Source: an uncultured Gammaproteobacteria bacterium (lineage in GTDB: Bacteria > Patescibacteriota > Microgenomatia > Daviesbacterales > UBA10151). From it: a DNA stretch of 64,000 nt. A program made the position numbers and the translations under genes. Shown piece after piece: positions 27,145 through 37,159 of the stretch (within the stretch, counting starts at the first letter, position 1; every line of letters begins with the position of its first letter). The stretch covers positions 3,634 to 67,633 of the forward strand of contig CAZCNP010000006.1 in NCBI GenBank assembly GCA_964500725.1, in the 5' to 3' direction. The notes beneath the pieces are model-generated. The model was not told the origin of the DNA, did no database searches, and worked only from the letters and a program-made list of their open reading frames with translations.

Positions 27145-28500
27145 TCAAACAGTCATGGTACTTTCAGTATAACGTGTTTCTCTAACTGCTGTTATTTTAA
27201 CAGCTCCTGGCACCATTACTTCTTTAGAAATTCGCTCAGCTATATCATGAACAAGCTTTGGCAGCTCATCATCTGAAATTCTCTCTGGAATAACAATAAC
27301 TCTTACTTCTCTTCCTGCTTGCACTGCAAAAGCTTTCTCCACTGCATCAAAAGAATTAGCAATATTTTCTATATCACCCATTCTTTTTATATAATCTCCA
27401 ACATTCTCATGTCTGGCTCCGGGCCTTCCTCCAGATATAGAATCAGCAATATATACTAAGATTGACTCCACAGCAGAAAAAGGCTTATCTTCATGATGCT
27501 CTGCTATACAATTGATTACCTTCTCCGGCAGATTAAATTTCTTAGCAAGCTGTACTCCTTTTTCAACATGAGTACCTTCATCTCCTTCTGTCACAACTTT
27601 TCCTATATCATGTAGCAAGCATCCAAGCCTTACCACATTCACATCTGCTCCAATCTCCTTTGCCAAAGCAATACCAATTTGGGTTTCCTCTTGAGTATGC
27701 AAAATTAAATTCTGTCCATAAGAGTATCTGTATTTAAATCTACCAATAATATCAATAAGCTCTACTGGCAAATTATAAACTCCTACATCATGACACAGCT
27801 TTTCTCCTGCCTCTCTCATTAACTTGTTAATATCCTCTTGCGTTTTTTCAACAATTTCTTCTATTCTTTGAGGTTGAATTCTGCCATCTTCCATCAACCT
27901 TTCTAAAGAAACTTTGGCAATCTCACGCCTTACTGGATCAAAGGAAGAAAGTATTAAAGTATCTGGAATTTCATCATCCATTACTACATCAACACCTGTA
28001 GCCTGCTCAAAAGTTCTCACATTTCTACCTTCTTTACCAATAATCCTGCCTTTCATTTCTTCATCAGGCAGTTTTACTTTTGAGGTAGTAAACTCTGAAA
28101 TATAATCTGTAACTCCATGTCGCATTGCATCTGCTAAAATATCTTTAGCTTTTTCATCAGCCGTTATTTTTATTTCTTCCTCAGCTTCTTTAATCTTTTT
28201 GGAAATTTCACCAGCAAGTTCCTGGTCTAAATTTTCCAAAAGAATCTTTTGAGCTTCATCTTTTGATAAGGAGGAGGCTTTTTCTAGTTTAGAAACTAAC
28301 TCTTTCCTTGTTTTCTCAAGTTGCTCTAATTTATCATCAATTAATTTTTGTTTTTCAGAAATTTGCCTTTCTCTTTCTTCTAAAATACCTTCTCTTTTTG
28401 CTAGCTCTGCTTCTTTCCTAACAAAATCTCCTCCTGCTGAAGGACTAGTTTGTTGATATGATTGCTGGCTAGACGAAATCGGCTTAAATGTTCTCTGCAT
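27145..28500 (-). CDS. rny: ribonuclease Y
   Basis: Coiled coil, KH domain MKGRIIGKEGRN, HD domain LLHDIGK, HHE, ADSISGGRPGAR, QAGREVRV. No N-terminal TM segment visible. Confidence 0.93.
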   Translation of the reverse strand: MQRTFKPISSSQQSYQQTSPSAGGDFVRKEAELAKREGILEERERQISEKQKLIDDKLEQLEKTRKELVSKLEKASSLSKDEAQKILLENLDQELAGEISKKIKEAEEEIKITADEKAKDILADAMRHGVTDYISEFTTSKVKLPDEEMKGRIIGKEGRNVRTFEQATGVDVVMDDEIPDTLILSSFDPVRREIAKVSLERLMEDGRIQPQRIEEIVEKTQEDINKLMREAGEKLCHDVGVYNLPVELIDIIGRFKYRYSYGQNLILHTQEETQIGIALAKEIGADVNVVRLGCLLHDIGKVVTEGDEGTHVEKGVQLAKKFNLPEKVINCIAEHHEDKPFSAVESILVYIADSISGGRPGARHENVGDYIKRMGDIENIANSFDAVEKAFAVQAGREVRVIVIPERISDDELPKLVHDIAERISKEVMVPGAVKITAVRETRYTESTMTV

Positions 28501-28631
28501 ATTTGTTTTGGAAAAATCAGAAAAAAGCCTTCAATTACTCGAAGCTTAGAGGGAGGATTAAATTGTTGAGAATTATATTCATCATTATTTACTCACCCTA
28601 TCTGATTCTCTAGTTAGATTATATTACTTTC

Positions 28632-29291
28632 TTACGTGTTTTTCAATTGATCTGAAATTATCTTTCGGGCTATTTCATAATCAAATCCTTTTCTGAGTAA
28701 AAATTCTATTGATTTTTGGTAAAGTTTTTTCGGATCTAAGTTCTTCCAATATTTCAACTTCTTTCCCAAAGCTTGCTTTGCTAACTCCTCTTCACTGTTA
28801 ACTCTTAACTGTTCACTGATAACTTCTTCTATAATTTCTTTATCTATTCCTTTTTGATAAAGCTCTGCTTTTATTGCCCTTATTCCTTTTTGTTTACTTT
28901 TTCTCCGAGCCTGTACCCAAGCTTTAGCAAATTCTAAATCATTAACCATTCCTTTTCTCTTTAAAGTTTCTACTAGAGCATCTATTGTTAGCTCACTAAT
29001 CTCTTCTTTTTCTTTAACTTTTGCTTCCAGATTTTTAATTTTAAAGTAATCTCTAACTTCTTTTTCTGAATGTTGCCTTAAAGCAAACCAGCGATACATT
29101 CTCTCCATCAACTTACCTACTTCTGCTTCAAATAATATTTTTTCTAAGTCCTCTGGACTTATAACCTTTCCTACTACCAATCTTCTATTAACTACTAAAT
29201 CTTCATCTACCCCAAAGGCAAATTCACCATCTAGGAAAATGTTAAACCTTTTAGGATTTTTCTTTTGAGGTTCTACCTGAGTAATTTTCAC
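28632..29291 (-). CDS. recX: regulatory protein RecX
   Basis: MKIT..EPQKKNPKRFNIFLDGEFAF, RQHSEKE, ND.EFA..W, ELYQKGI, LLRKGF. Immediately downstream of recA. Confidence 0.88.
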   Translation of the reverse strand: MKITQVEPQKKNPKRFNIFLDGEFAFGVDEDLVVNRRLVVGKVISPEDLEKILFEAEVGKLMERMYRWFALRQHSEKEVRDYFKIKNLEAKVKEKEEISELTIDALVETLKRKGMVNDLEFAKAWVQARRKSKQKGIRAIKAELYQKGIDKEIIEEVISEQLRVNSEEELAKQALGKKLKYWKNLDPKKLYQKSIEFLLRKGFDYEIARKIISDQLKNT

Positions 29292-29312
29292 CGGAAAGAT
29301 TATACTAAATTA

Positions 29313-30377
29313 CTAATCAGCTTCTTCTAAAGACCCTTTTTCTTCTTCTTGGCCTACTACAATTTTTTCCTTACCCTTTTTTTGTTTACTCCAAGCATCT
29401 CTAACTTCTTTTTCTAACTTTTCAGCTTCTTTTTTATTCTCTTTTAAGTAGGCCGACGATGCAGCTCTCCCTTGTCCCAGCATCTTTTCACCCCATCTTA
29501 TAAATGCTCCAGATTTAGTGATAATCCCAAGCTCTATGCCTACATCAAGAAGTTCTCCTTGGTGTGATATACCATCTTCGTTCATATCGAACTCTGCAAT
29601 TCTAAATGGGGGAGCCACTTTATTTTTCACCACCTTTACTCTATGTCTTGAACCCACTACCAGATCCCCTTCTTTAATATTTTCAATCTTCCTAATATCT
29701 AGCCTTACAGAAGAATAGAACTTCAGAGCCAGCCCTCCTGGAGTAGTTTCAGGATTACCAAACATCACTCCAATTTTTTGCCTTAGTTGGTTAGTAAAGA
29801 TAACAATTGTATTAGTATTAGAAACAGCTCCTGTTAATTTTCTTAAAGCTTGAGACATTAAACGGGCCTGCATACCCATGACAGAATCACCCATTTCTCC
29901 TTCTAACTCAGCTCTGGGAACTAGGGCTGCTACAGAATCTATCACCAAAACATCTATTCCACCTGAACGGATTAAAGCTTCAGCAATTTCTAGGGCTTGC
30001 TCACCAGTGTCTGGTTGAGAAATTAACAAATCATCTAAATTAACTCCAATCTTTTGTGCTCTTTGAGGATCTAAAGCATGCTCTGCATCAACAAATGCAG
30101 CTGTCCCTCCTTTTTTTTGAGCTTCAGCAATTACATGAAGGCAAACGCTGGTTTTCCCACTAGCCTCGGGGCCGAAAATTTCAATAATTCTGCCTTTTGG
30201 CAAACCGCCAACACCTAAAGCTAGATCTAGGGCAATAGAACCAGTAGGGATTGTTTCTGTAGTAAACTTTTCAACCCGCTCACCCAAACGCATGATAGAA
30301 CCTGTTCCATATTGTTTTTGAATTTGTGCCATAGCTGTGGAAATTGCAGCTTTTTTAGCATCATCATTTTGGGCCAT
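29313..30377 (-). CDS. recA: recombinase RecA
   Basis: [40 protein letters not shown]. Confidence 0.98.
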   Translation of the reverse strand: MAQNDDAKKAAISTAMAQIQKQYGTGSIMRLGERVEKFTTETIPTGSIALDLALGVGGLPKGRIIEIFGPEASGKTSVCLHVIAEAQKKGGTAAFVDAEHALDPQRAQKIGVNLDDLLISQPDTGEQALEIAEALIRSGGIDVLVIDSVAALVPRAELEGEMGDSVMGMQARLMSQALRKLTGAVSNTNTIVIFTNQLRQKIGVMFGNPETTPGGLALKFYSSVRLDIRKIENIKEGDLVVGSRHRVKVVKNKVAPPFRIAEFDMNEDGISHQGELLDVGIELGIITKSGAFIRWGEKMLGQGRAASSAYLKENKKEAEKLEKEVRDAWSKQKKGKEKIVVGQEEEKGSLEEAD

Positions 30378-30449
30378 ATATTAAAGATACCAAATATTTC
30401 CCAAAGGTCAATACCCCAAAATTATCCTGTTTGGATGTATGGATACATG

Positions 30450-30520
30450 TCGGGGATGGGAGAATTAAACTCCCGATTCCGCACCCCCAGCGCGGCGTGT
30501 TGTCACTATACTAATCCCCG
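30450..30520 (-). tRNA. tRNA-Pro(GGG), CCA not encoded
   Basis: CGGGGAT TA GTAT AGTGACA ACAC G CCGCG CTGGGGG TGCGG AATC GGGAG TTTAATT CTCCC ATCCCCG A. Complete cloverleaf with C1-G72 and A73. Confidence 0.88.
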
Positions 30521-30566
30521 TAGCTGCCTAGTATTTTATCACTGCTGCTTATATAATTCCATTTAT

Positions 30567-30836
30567 ATGAAAAAGCATTTAAATATTAGAATTCACGGCT
30601 TAGTTCAGGGAGTATTCTTTAGAGCTAGCGCTAAAGAACAAGCTGAAAAGCTAAACATCACAGGTTTTGCCAGAAATGAATCAGATGGTTCAGTTTATAT
30701 TGAAGCAGAAGGAGAAGAACAGAATTTAGATAGATTTATAAAATGGTGTAATACTGGGCCATCCATGGCTCAAGTAGAAAAAGTAGATACTTCTGAAGGC
30801 TTATTAAAACAATTTGAGGGTTTTGAGATTCAGTAA
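30567..30836 (+). CDS. acyP: acylphosphatase
   Basis: GLVQGVFFR, GFARN..DGSV, GP..A.V. True start is MKKHL at 30567. Confidence 0.92.
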   Translation: MKKHLNIRIHGLVQGVFFRASAKEQAEKLNITGFARNESDGSVYIEAEGEEQNLDRFIKWCNTGPSMAQVEKVDTSEGLLKQFEGFEIQ

Positions 30837-30839
30837 AAA

Positions 30840-31952
30840 TTAGACTATCTTTTCCCAGGGGAATTCATCACGGCCAAAGTGCCCGTAGCTGGCTGTTGGA
30901 AGATATATTGGCCTTTGCAAATCTAGGCCTTTTAAGATTCCTGAAACTGATGTATCTAAGATTTTCTGCATGAAAGATAAAATCACTTTGTGAGATTTTT
31001 TATTAGTTCCAAAAGTTTCAACATCCTGCATGGTAGGGCTTTTTGCTCCAATAAAATAAGCAAGTCTTACCTCTGCCCTGTCTGCCAGTTTTGCAGCAAC
31101 TATGTTTTTTGCCAAAAACCTGGCTGCATATGCTCCAGACCTGTCTACTTTTGTTGGATCTTTTCCAGAAAAAGCCCCTCCACCAACCCTAGCGTATCCT
31201 CCATACCCATCAACAACTATTTTTCTACCAGTTAGGCCACAATCAGAAGCAGGACCACCATTATGCCAAACCCCTGTCCCATTAACTATTAATTGATCCT
31301 TTTTAATTTTAAATCCATAAACATCTAAAACAGGAATTACTACGGACTCATATATATCATCTTTAACTTGACTTAATTTAACAGATTCCTCGTGCGGGAT
31401 AGCAATTACTACTTGAGTTACTTTATAAGGCTTTCCATCTCTATACTCAATTGTAACTTGGGATTTCCCATCAGGTCTTAAATATTTAATTATTTTCTCT
31501 TCTCTGGCCTGATCCATTCTTTTTGTTAAAGAATGAGCCATAGCAATAGGGAGGGGCATCAAGCTAGCTGTTTCTGTGCAGGCATATCCAAACATCATTC
31601 CTTGATCTCCAGCTCCTTTTTTATCTACACCAACTCCAATTTCAGGTGATTGCTCGTGAAGATGAACTTCCAGGGGAGATTTATCAGAAAAATTATAGTT
31701 AGAATCTGTATAACCTAATCTCCTAATTTGTTGTCTTGCTACCTCGGCAAAGTCTACTTTAGCATTAGCAGTAATTTCTCCGGAAATGATTACCCTATTA
31801 AAACCAGCCAGCACCTCACAAGCAACATGGCCAAACCTATCCTGAGTTAAAACTGCATCTACAATTGCATCAGAGATTGCATCGCAGATTTTATCTGGAT
31901 GACCAGAGCAAACTGATTCTGATGTAAAAGTTGTAATACCGTTACTTTTCAT
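30840..31952 (-). CDS. metK: S-adenosylmethionine synthetase
   Basis: FTSESV..GHPDK, GAGDQG, RPDGK, GLTGRK, GGGAFSGKDPTKVDRS. ATG 31952 follows the riboswitch terminator. Confidence 0.96.
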   Translation of the reverse strand: MKSNGITTFTSESVCSGHPDKICDAISDAIVDAVLTQDRFGHVACEVLAGFNRVIISGEITANAKVDFAEVARQQIRRLGYTDSNYNFSDKSPLEVHLHEQSPEIGVGVDKKGAGDQGMMFGYACTETASLMPLPIAMAHSLTKRMDQAREEKIIKYLRPDGKSQVTIEYRDGKPYKVTQVVIAIPHEESVKLSQVKDDIYESVVIPVLDVYGFKIKKDQLIVNGTGVWHNGGPASDCGLTGRKIVVDGYGGYARVGGGAFSGKDPTKVDRSGAYAARFLAKNIVAAKLADRAEVRLAYFIGAKSPTMQDVETFGTNKKSHKVILSFMQKILDTSVSGILKGLDLQRPIYLPTASYGHFGRDEFPWEKIV

Positions 31953-31983
31953 AAAAAAACCTCTCAAACTATATGAGAGGTTT
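31953..31983 (-). terminator. riboswitch expression-platform terminator
   Basis: AAACCTCTCA-tatagtt-TGAGAGGTTT plus T tract immediately before the metK ATG. Confidence 0.8.
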
Positions 31984-32091
31984 AAAGTTTTCCTGTACCA
32001 GACGGTACGGGACACATCTTCCTCTCAGGAATCTGGCACCTTAGGCTTTAAGGTTGCCGGCGTCCGGTAAAACCGGAGCACTCTTGATGTA
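31981..32091 (-). promoter_or_regulatory. SAM riboswitch (SAM-I/IV type)
   Basis: ACATCAAGAG...CCGGCAACC...GGTGCC..TTCC..GGAAGATGT. Short P2, an extra 3' hairpin, and a possible L3 TTAAAG / 3' CTTTAA pseudoknot. Upstream of metK. Confidence 0.85.
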
Positions 32092-32139
32092 TTTTTTATT
32101 GCGTTTGCAACAAGCTTGTCTTATTTAACCATAACTAAT

Positions 32140-33540
32140 TTACTTTGACAAGTCCTCAAATTTAGCATGTTTTTTGATAACTTCCATTACTTTCTTTTTC
32201 TTTTCTTCTACAATTCCATCGGCCTCTGCCTCAATATTAAGCCTAAGCAGCGGTTCTGTGTTAGAAGACCTTAAAGACAATCTCCAATCAGCGAAGGTAA
32301 TGGCTACCCCATCTAGCTCATTAACCTCTCCATCAACAAATTCCGTTTTAATAATATCAATTATTTCAGGAGCATTCTGCACTTTAAAGTTAATTTCTCC
32401 TGATTCATGACTTCTCTTAATATCCCCAATTACTTCTGACAAAGTTTTATTCTCTTCACTTAAGGTCTTTAACACAATCAAAATAATTGGCAGCTGTGAT
32501 TCAGCATTACCTGTTTCTCTAAAAAAGTAATGTGCTGATGATTCACCAGCAAAAATTGCTCCTGTTTCATGCAGTTTTTCAGTAATAAAGGCATGACCAA
32601 CTTTTGTAATTACGAAAGTTCCACCCAATTCCTCAACAATTTTTTGAGGAGTTAAGATATAACGAATATCAGCTATTACTTTCTCGCCTGTATGTTTTCT
32701 CAACAAATCCCTTGCTACTAAAGCAGTGATATGAGATGCAGGAACAGTCTCTCCTTTTTCATTAATAAAAAACAGCCTATCTCCATCACCATCTGTGGCA
32801 ATTCCTAAATCAGCCTTTTCTTCAATAACCTTTTTCTGTAAATCAGCTACATTCTCCGGCTCCAAAGGATCAGCAGGATGCGCTGGGAATGTTCCATCCA
32901 ACTTAAAATTCATTTTTACTAGCTCACCTGGAATATGTTTAAATAACTCCTCAATATACAAAGCTGCCATAGCATTTGCTGTATCAGCGACTACTTTTAA
33001 AGGCTTTATTTGAGGGTTACCTGCAATTCTTAAGGCATTTTTAACCTCATCAACTACCATACCCTCTTTTTTGGTAATTTGCCCTCCACTTTTACTTTCA
33101 ACTTTTACCCCTGCCAAAGCCAAGTTTTTAATCTCCTCCATGCCGGTACTTTTACCAATTTTTATCAAGCCTTGAGGAGTATACTTTACAATTTTTAAAC
33201 CATTATAATCTTTAGGATTATGCGAGGCTGTTATCTGAATTCCACTGTCATATTTACCACTAAATACAGCAAAGTAAAATGTTGTAGTTGAAACAAGCCC
33301 TAAATCAATAACCTGGGCACCTAGATCAACTAGGGTGCTACTTAAAGCTTGAAAAATGGCTGGGGAAGAGAGTCTCATATCTTGTCCCACAACTACTGAT
33401 AAAGACTCTTTATTTGGAGTTTGATCTAAAAGGAATTTATAGATAGCTTTAGTAACAGGAATGACATTTTCTTCATTTATCTCAGAAGGGTAAATTCCTC
33501 TTATATCATAGCTTTTGAAAATCTTGGAAGGTATATCCAT
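32140..33540 (-). CDS. phosphomannomutase/phosphoglucomutase
   Basis: FKSYDIRG, TASHNP, DGDGDR, KVGH, GESSAH, RSSNTEP. Confidence 0.9.
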   Translation of the reverse strand: MDIPSKIFKSYDIRGIYPSEINEENVIPVTKAIYKFLLDQTPNKESLSVVVGQDMRLSSPAIFQALSSTLVDLGAQVIDLGLVSTTTFYFAVFSGKYDSGIQITASHNPKDYNGLKIVKYTPQGLIKIGKSTGMEEIKNLALAGVKVESKSGGQITKKEGMVVDEVKNALRIAGNPQIKPLKVVADTANAMAALYIEELFKHIPGELVKMNFKLDGTFPAHPADPLEPENVADLQKKVIEEKADLGIATDGDGDRLFFINEKGETVPASHITALVARDLLRKHTGEKVIADIRYILTPQKIVEELGGTFVITKVGHAFITEKLHETGAIFAGESSAHYFFRETGNAESQLPIILIVLKTLSEENKTLSEVIGDIKRSHESGEINFKVQNAPEIIDIIKTEFVDGEVNELDGVAITFADWRLSLRSSNTEPLLRLNIEAEADGIVEEKKKKVMEVIKKHAKFEDLSK

Positions 33541-33594
33541 AAACAGTAAAACTTACTATAGCTAATCTTGAAACTAAATTCAACTAGTTGAAAA

Positions 33595-33984
33595 TTACCT
33601 CTTTGGAGATTGTTTTTTGGCTCTGGCTTTTTGGGCATTACCATATTTTCTTCTCTCTTTTGCTCTAGCATCACGGGTCAACATGCCTTCTTTTTTTAAA
33701 GTAGTTCGGAGTTCTGGACTAATTTTTGCAATAGCTCTTGCGATACCATGAATAACTGCCCCCAGTTGTGCAACCTGCCCCCCGCCCTCTACTTTTACTG
33801 AAATTGTGTATTTACCTGAAGTTTTGGTAATATCTAAAGGTTTATAGTATTGTTTTTGGGCAACTAAACCTAAAAAGTATTCTGAAACAGGCTTTCCATT
33901 AACAGTCAGCTGACCATTACCTTCTGATAACCTAACTCTAGCTATAGCTTCTTTTCTTCTACCTACTGTAGCAATTGTATTCAT
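33595..33984 (-). CDS. rpsI: 30S ribosomal protein S9
   Basis: GRRK, GGG..AQ, TRDAR.KERRK, SPKR. Confidence 0.96.
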   Translation of the reverse strand: MNTIATVGRRKEAIARVRLSEGNGQLTVNGKPVSEYFLGLVAQKQYYKPLDITKTSGKYTISVKVEGGGQVAQLGAVIHGIARAIAKISPELRTTLKKEGMLTRDARAKERRKYGNAQKARAKKQSPKR

Positions 33985-34376
33985 TATTTTGCCTCTCCTG
34001 CAAAAACTTTTAACTTTTTAATCATCTGCCTGCCCAGTTTATTATGAGGCAACATTCCCTTTACTGCATGCTCAATAATAGATTCAGGCTTTCTTAAAAG
34101 CACTTTATCAAAGGTTTCTACCTTTAATCCTCCTGGGTAACCAGAGTGGCGGGTATAAACCTTATCTTGCATCTTTTTGCCTGTAACTTTAACCTGGCTG
34201 GCATTAGTTACCACTACGTAATCTCCTGCATCTAGATAAGGCACAAAACTAGGTTTATTTTTACCCATTAAAATCTTGGCAATTTCGGTTGCTAGTCTAC
34301 CTAAAACTTTTCCACCAGCATCTATTGTATGCTTTTCTCTTTTTATATCTTTTGCTGATACTACATTAGTACTCAT
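33984..34376 (-). CDS. rplM: 50S ribosomal protein L13
   Basis: IDA..KVLGRLA, GD.VVV.NA, HSGYPGG, AVKGMLP. Confidence 0.96.
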   Translation of the reverse strand: MSTNVVSAKDIKREKHTIDAGGKVLGRLATEIAKILMGKNKPSFVPYLDAGDYVVVTNASQVKVTGKKMQDKVYTRHSGYPGGLKVETFDKVLLRKPESIIEHAVKGMLPHNKLGRQMIKKLKVFAGEAK

Positions 34377-34858
34377 ATTTTCTTCCTTGAAGATGCTTTT
34401 ACTTTTTTGACTGCTTTTTTAGCTGGAGCTGCTTTTTTTTCTGCTGGTTTTACCTCAACTTTTTTTTCTTCTAACTGTTTTAATTCTTTTTTAAGGGGTT
34501 TCAACTGCTCCGCTCCAATCAAGCTCATCTTAACAATATTGGTTTGATCACCTTGTCTTGGACCAATTCTCACAACCTTAGTATAACCAGAGGTTCTATT
34601 TCCCAACTTAGGAAGAACTTCCTTAACTAATCTATCTTGCAAGTCCTTATCTACAATATAAGACCTTAATTTCCTTGGGGTATTTTTACCTTTTGCTGAA
34701 GTAATAATTTCATCAACTAAACCTTTTATTGCTTTGGCTTTAGTTTCAGAAGTCTGAATAGTGCCATGCAGAAAAAGAGACTGCACTAATGTTTTAAAGA
34801 GTGCTTGGCGTTGACCTTCGTTTCTTCCCAGGTGTTTACCATAAACCCTATGCCTCAC
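34373..34858 (-). CDS. rplQ: 50S ribosomal protein L17
   Basis: MRHR....LGR, I.T...KAK, R.SGYT, R.GD; Lys/Ala-rich tail. Confidence 0.94.
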   Translation of the reverse strand: MRHRVYGKHLGRNEGQRQALFKTLVQSLFLHGTIQTSETKAKAIKGLVDEIITSAKGKNTPRKLRSYIVDKDLQDRLVKEVLPKLGNRTSGYTKVVRIGPRQGDQTNIVKMSLIGAEQLKPLKKELKQLEEKKVEVKPAEKKAAPAKKAVKKVKASSRKKI

Positions 34859-35753
34859 TAAGAGTCAACCCCCTCTCAACTAGCTTATCCGATATTAAAC
34901 TGATTGATTTGGCACCTAAATTCTTAGCCTTTAAAAGCGCTGTACGAGGAGTATTAATCAAATCCTCAATAGTATTAATTTCTATAGCTTTTAGGGCATT
35001 GGTTATTCTAACTGGCAAATCAAGTTCTTCAATAGTAAGTTTTAAGGTTTCCTCAGAAATCTTAGGTCCTGCATCTTCTACCACTTCTTCTTGATCTGGT
35101 TCATAAACTTTACGGAAAGAATCCGATAAGATTTTAGCAGCTGCATTAACAGCCTCAAGCGGAGAAAGAGCCCCTGTAGTTGTGATGTCTAAAGTTAATT
35201 TATCAAAATCTGTTCTTCTTCCAACTCTAGTAGGCTCTACGTTGTAATTTACTGACAAAACTGGACTAAACAAAGCATCTATAGGCATAACACCAATATC
35301 ATTTCCTTTGCGTTCCTCAGCCACAGAGTAACCTTTACCCTGAGCAGCTTCCAGTTCAATATTCAATTTAGATTTTGCATCTGTTAAAGTAGCGATGTGT
35401 TGCTCAGGAGTAACAACTTCTCCATCTCCTTCTATTTCCAGATCTTTAGCTTTAATCTCTTTTTTACCAGAGGCTTTAAGAGTAAGCTTAATTGGTTTGT
35501 CAGAGAAAACATTCAAACGAATCTTTTTAATATTTAAGATAATCTCAATTACATCTTCTAAAACTCCCTCTATTGCTGAAAATTGATGGGCTACTCCGTC
35601 AATCTTGACAGAGGTGATAGCTGACCCTGGCAGAGAAGCCAGGAGCACTCGTCTTAAACTATTACCCAAAGTGTGACCAAAACCTGCCTCAAGAGGCTCT
35701 ATGGCTACAGTTGCAAAATTTTCTCTTTCATCTAACGTTTTCACTTTAAACAT
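34848..35753 (-). CDS. rpoA: RNA polymerase alpha subunit
   Basis: EPL..GFGHTLGNSLRRVLL, IDALFSPV, alpha-CTD IEELDL.VR..NAL. Confidence 0.97.
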   Translation of the reverse strand: MFKVKTLDERENFATVAIEPLEAGFGHTLGNSLRRVLLASLPGSAITSVKIDGVAHQFSAIEGVLEDVIEIILNIKKIRLNVFSDKPIKLTLKASGKKEIKAKDLEIEGDGEVVTPEQHIATLTDAKSKLNIELEAAQGKGYSVAEERKGNDIGVMPIDALFSPVLSVNYNVEPTRVGRRTDFDKLTLDITTTGALSPLEAVNAAAKILSDSFRKVYEPDQEEVVEDAGPKISEETLKLTIEELDLPVRITNALKAIEINTIEDLINTPRTALLKAKNLGAKSISLISDKLVERGLTLSEA

Positions 35754-35761
35754 AAATTTCC

Positions 35762-36364
35762 TTATCTTGAATAATACTCTACAATCAACTGCTCATCAAC
35801 TAATTGTTCCATCTCATCCCGTTCCGGAATTCTTAAAACCTTGCCTACGGTAGCTTGCTTCTCAAGCCATCCTGGCAAGGTCTGAGATTCCTCTAAACTC
35901 TTTTTAACCTGTGTATTATCTCTCATTTTATCAGAAATTTCAATAGTCTGATCTACACGCACCTGGAAGGAGGGAATAGTCATTTTTCTGCCACTTACTT
36001 TGATATGTCCATGACTGACCATTTGCCTGGCTTCTGCTCTGCTAGCAGCAAACCCAAGCTTATAAACGACATTGTCTAACCTTGTCTCCAAAGCTTGCAG
36101 CAATGCGAGACCTGTTGCGCCTTTGACTTTTGAGGCAGCATCAAAATATTTCTTAAACTGTCTTTCCAAAAGACCAAAAATTCTTTTGGCTTTTTGTTTT
36201 TCTCGCAGTTGCAAACCATAATCTGATGTTCGGCGCCTTCTACCTAAACCATGCTGACCTGGTGGTATAACTCCTTTTCTTTCCAAAGCCTTTGCATCTT
36301 TTGCAAAAAGCGCTACTCCTTCACGTCTTGATAATCTTCTTTTAGGACCAGTATATCTTGCCAT
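35762..36364 (-). CDS. rpsD: 30S ribosomal protein S4
   Basis: MARYTGP, PPGQHG, QLREKQK, LETRLDN, IVEYYSR. Confidence 0.97.
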   Translation of the reverse strand: MARYTGPKRRLSRREGVALFAKDAKALERKGVIPPGQHGLGRRRRTSDYGLQLREKQKAKRIFGLLERQFKKYFDAASKVKGATGLALLQALETRLDNVVYKLGFAASRAEARQMVSHGHIKVSGRKMTIPSFQVRVDQTIEISDKMRDNTQVKKSLEESQTLPGWLEKQATVGKVLRIPERDEMEQLVDEQLIVEYYSR

Positions 36365-36759
36365 TAGACTCTTCTCCTTTTCTTAGGTCTTGGGCCGTTA
36401 TGCGGGATAGGTGTAACATCAGCAATCATTGTGATATTAATACCTGCCCCTCTTAAAGCTTTTATAGTTGCATCCCTGCCTGGCCCTGGACCTTTAATAT
36501 AAACCTCAACTGCACTAATTCCAATTTCCTTACCTTTTTGCGCCACTTTTTCCATTGCAGAAATAGCAGCAAAAGGAGTAGCTTTTCTAGCACCTTTAAA
36601 ACCTGATGCACCAGATGTTCCCCAAGTTAACACATTACCTGAAGTATCTGTTAAAGTAACTAGAGTGTTATTAAAAGTTGCAGTAACATACACTCTGCCT
36701 GCGCTAATCTTTTTTTCCACTTTTTTTACAGCTTTTGTTTTGATTTGTCTTTTAGCCAC
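36364..36759 (-). CDS. rpsK: 30S ribosomal protein S11
   Basis: [27 protein letters not shown]. Confidence 0.97.
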   Translation of the reverse strand: MAKRQIKTKAVKKVEKKISAGRVYVTATFNNTLVTLTDTSGNVLTWGTSGASGFKGARKATPFAAISAMEKVAQKGKEIGISAVEVYIKGPGPGRDATIKALRGAGINITMIADVTPIPHNGPRPKKRRRV

Positions 36760-37156
36760 CTTTTCCTCCTTCTCCTGTCTTGGCTACCACTTCTTTTCTA
36801 ACAGTTCCAACAGTCTTTCTTTTACCTCTTTTGGTTCTAGCGTTAGACCTGGTTCTTTGGCCCCTTGAAGGCAAACCTTTGCGATGCCTTAAACCTCTAT
36901 AGCTGCCAATTTCTTCAAGTCTTTTAACATTTTGCTCAACCTCTTGCCTTAAATCTCCTTCTACTTTAAATTGCTCAATTGCTTTTTGTATTTTATTTAC
37001 TTCTTCCTCGGTTAGATCTTTTATTCTTTTTTCTGGGGCTACTTGTGATTGGGCGATTATTTTAATCACATTTGAGCGCCCTATCCCAAAGATATAGGTT
37101 AAGCCGATATCAACTCTTTTATTTTCTGGTAAATCTACTCCTGCAATTCTTGCCAT
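36752..37156 (-). CDS. rpsM: 30S ribosomal protein S13
   Basis: [29 protein letters not shown]. Confidence 0.97.
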   Translation of the reverse strand: MARIAGVDLPENKRVDIGLTYIFGIGRSNVIKIIAQSQVAPEKRIKDLTEEEVNKIQKAIEQFKVEGDLRQEVEQNVKRLEEIGSYRGLRHRKGLPSRGQRTRSNARTKRGKRKTVGTVRKEVVAKTGEGGKGG

Positions 37157-37159
37157 ATT

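Noticed and set aside
28501-28585. Programmed frameshift joining the hydrophobic uORF to rny as a membrane anchor
   Set aside because: The rny frame has stop codons within the overlap, there is no convincing slippery site, and the hydrophobic stretch is too short.
30312-30566. Long N-terminal extension of acylphosphatase in the ORF track
   Set aside because: It overlaps the recA start and tRNA-Pro; the true start is ATG 30567.
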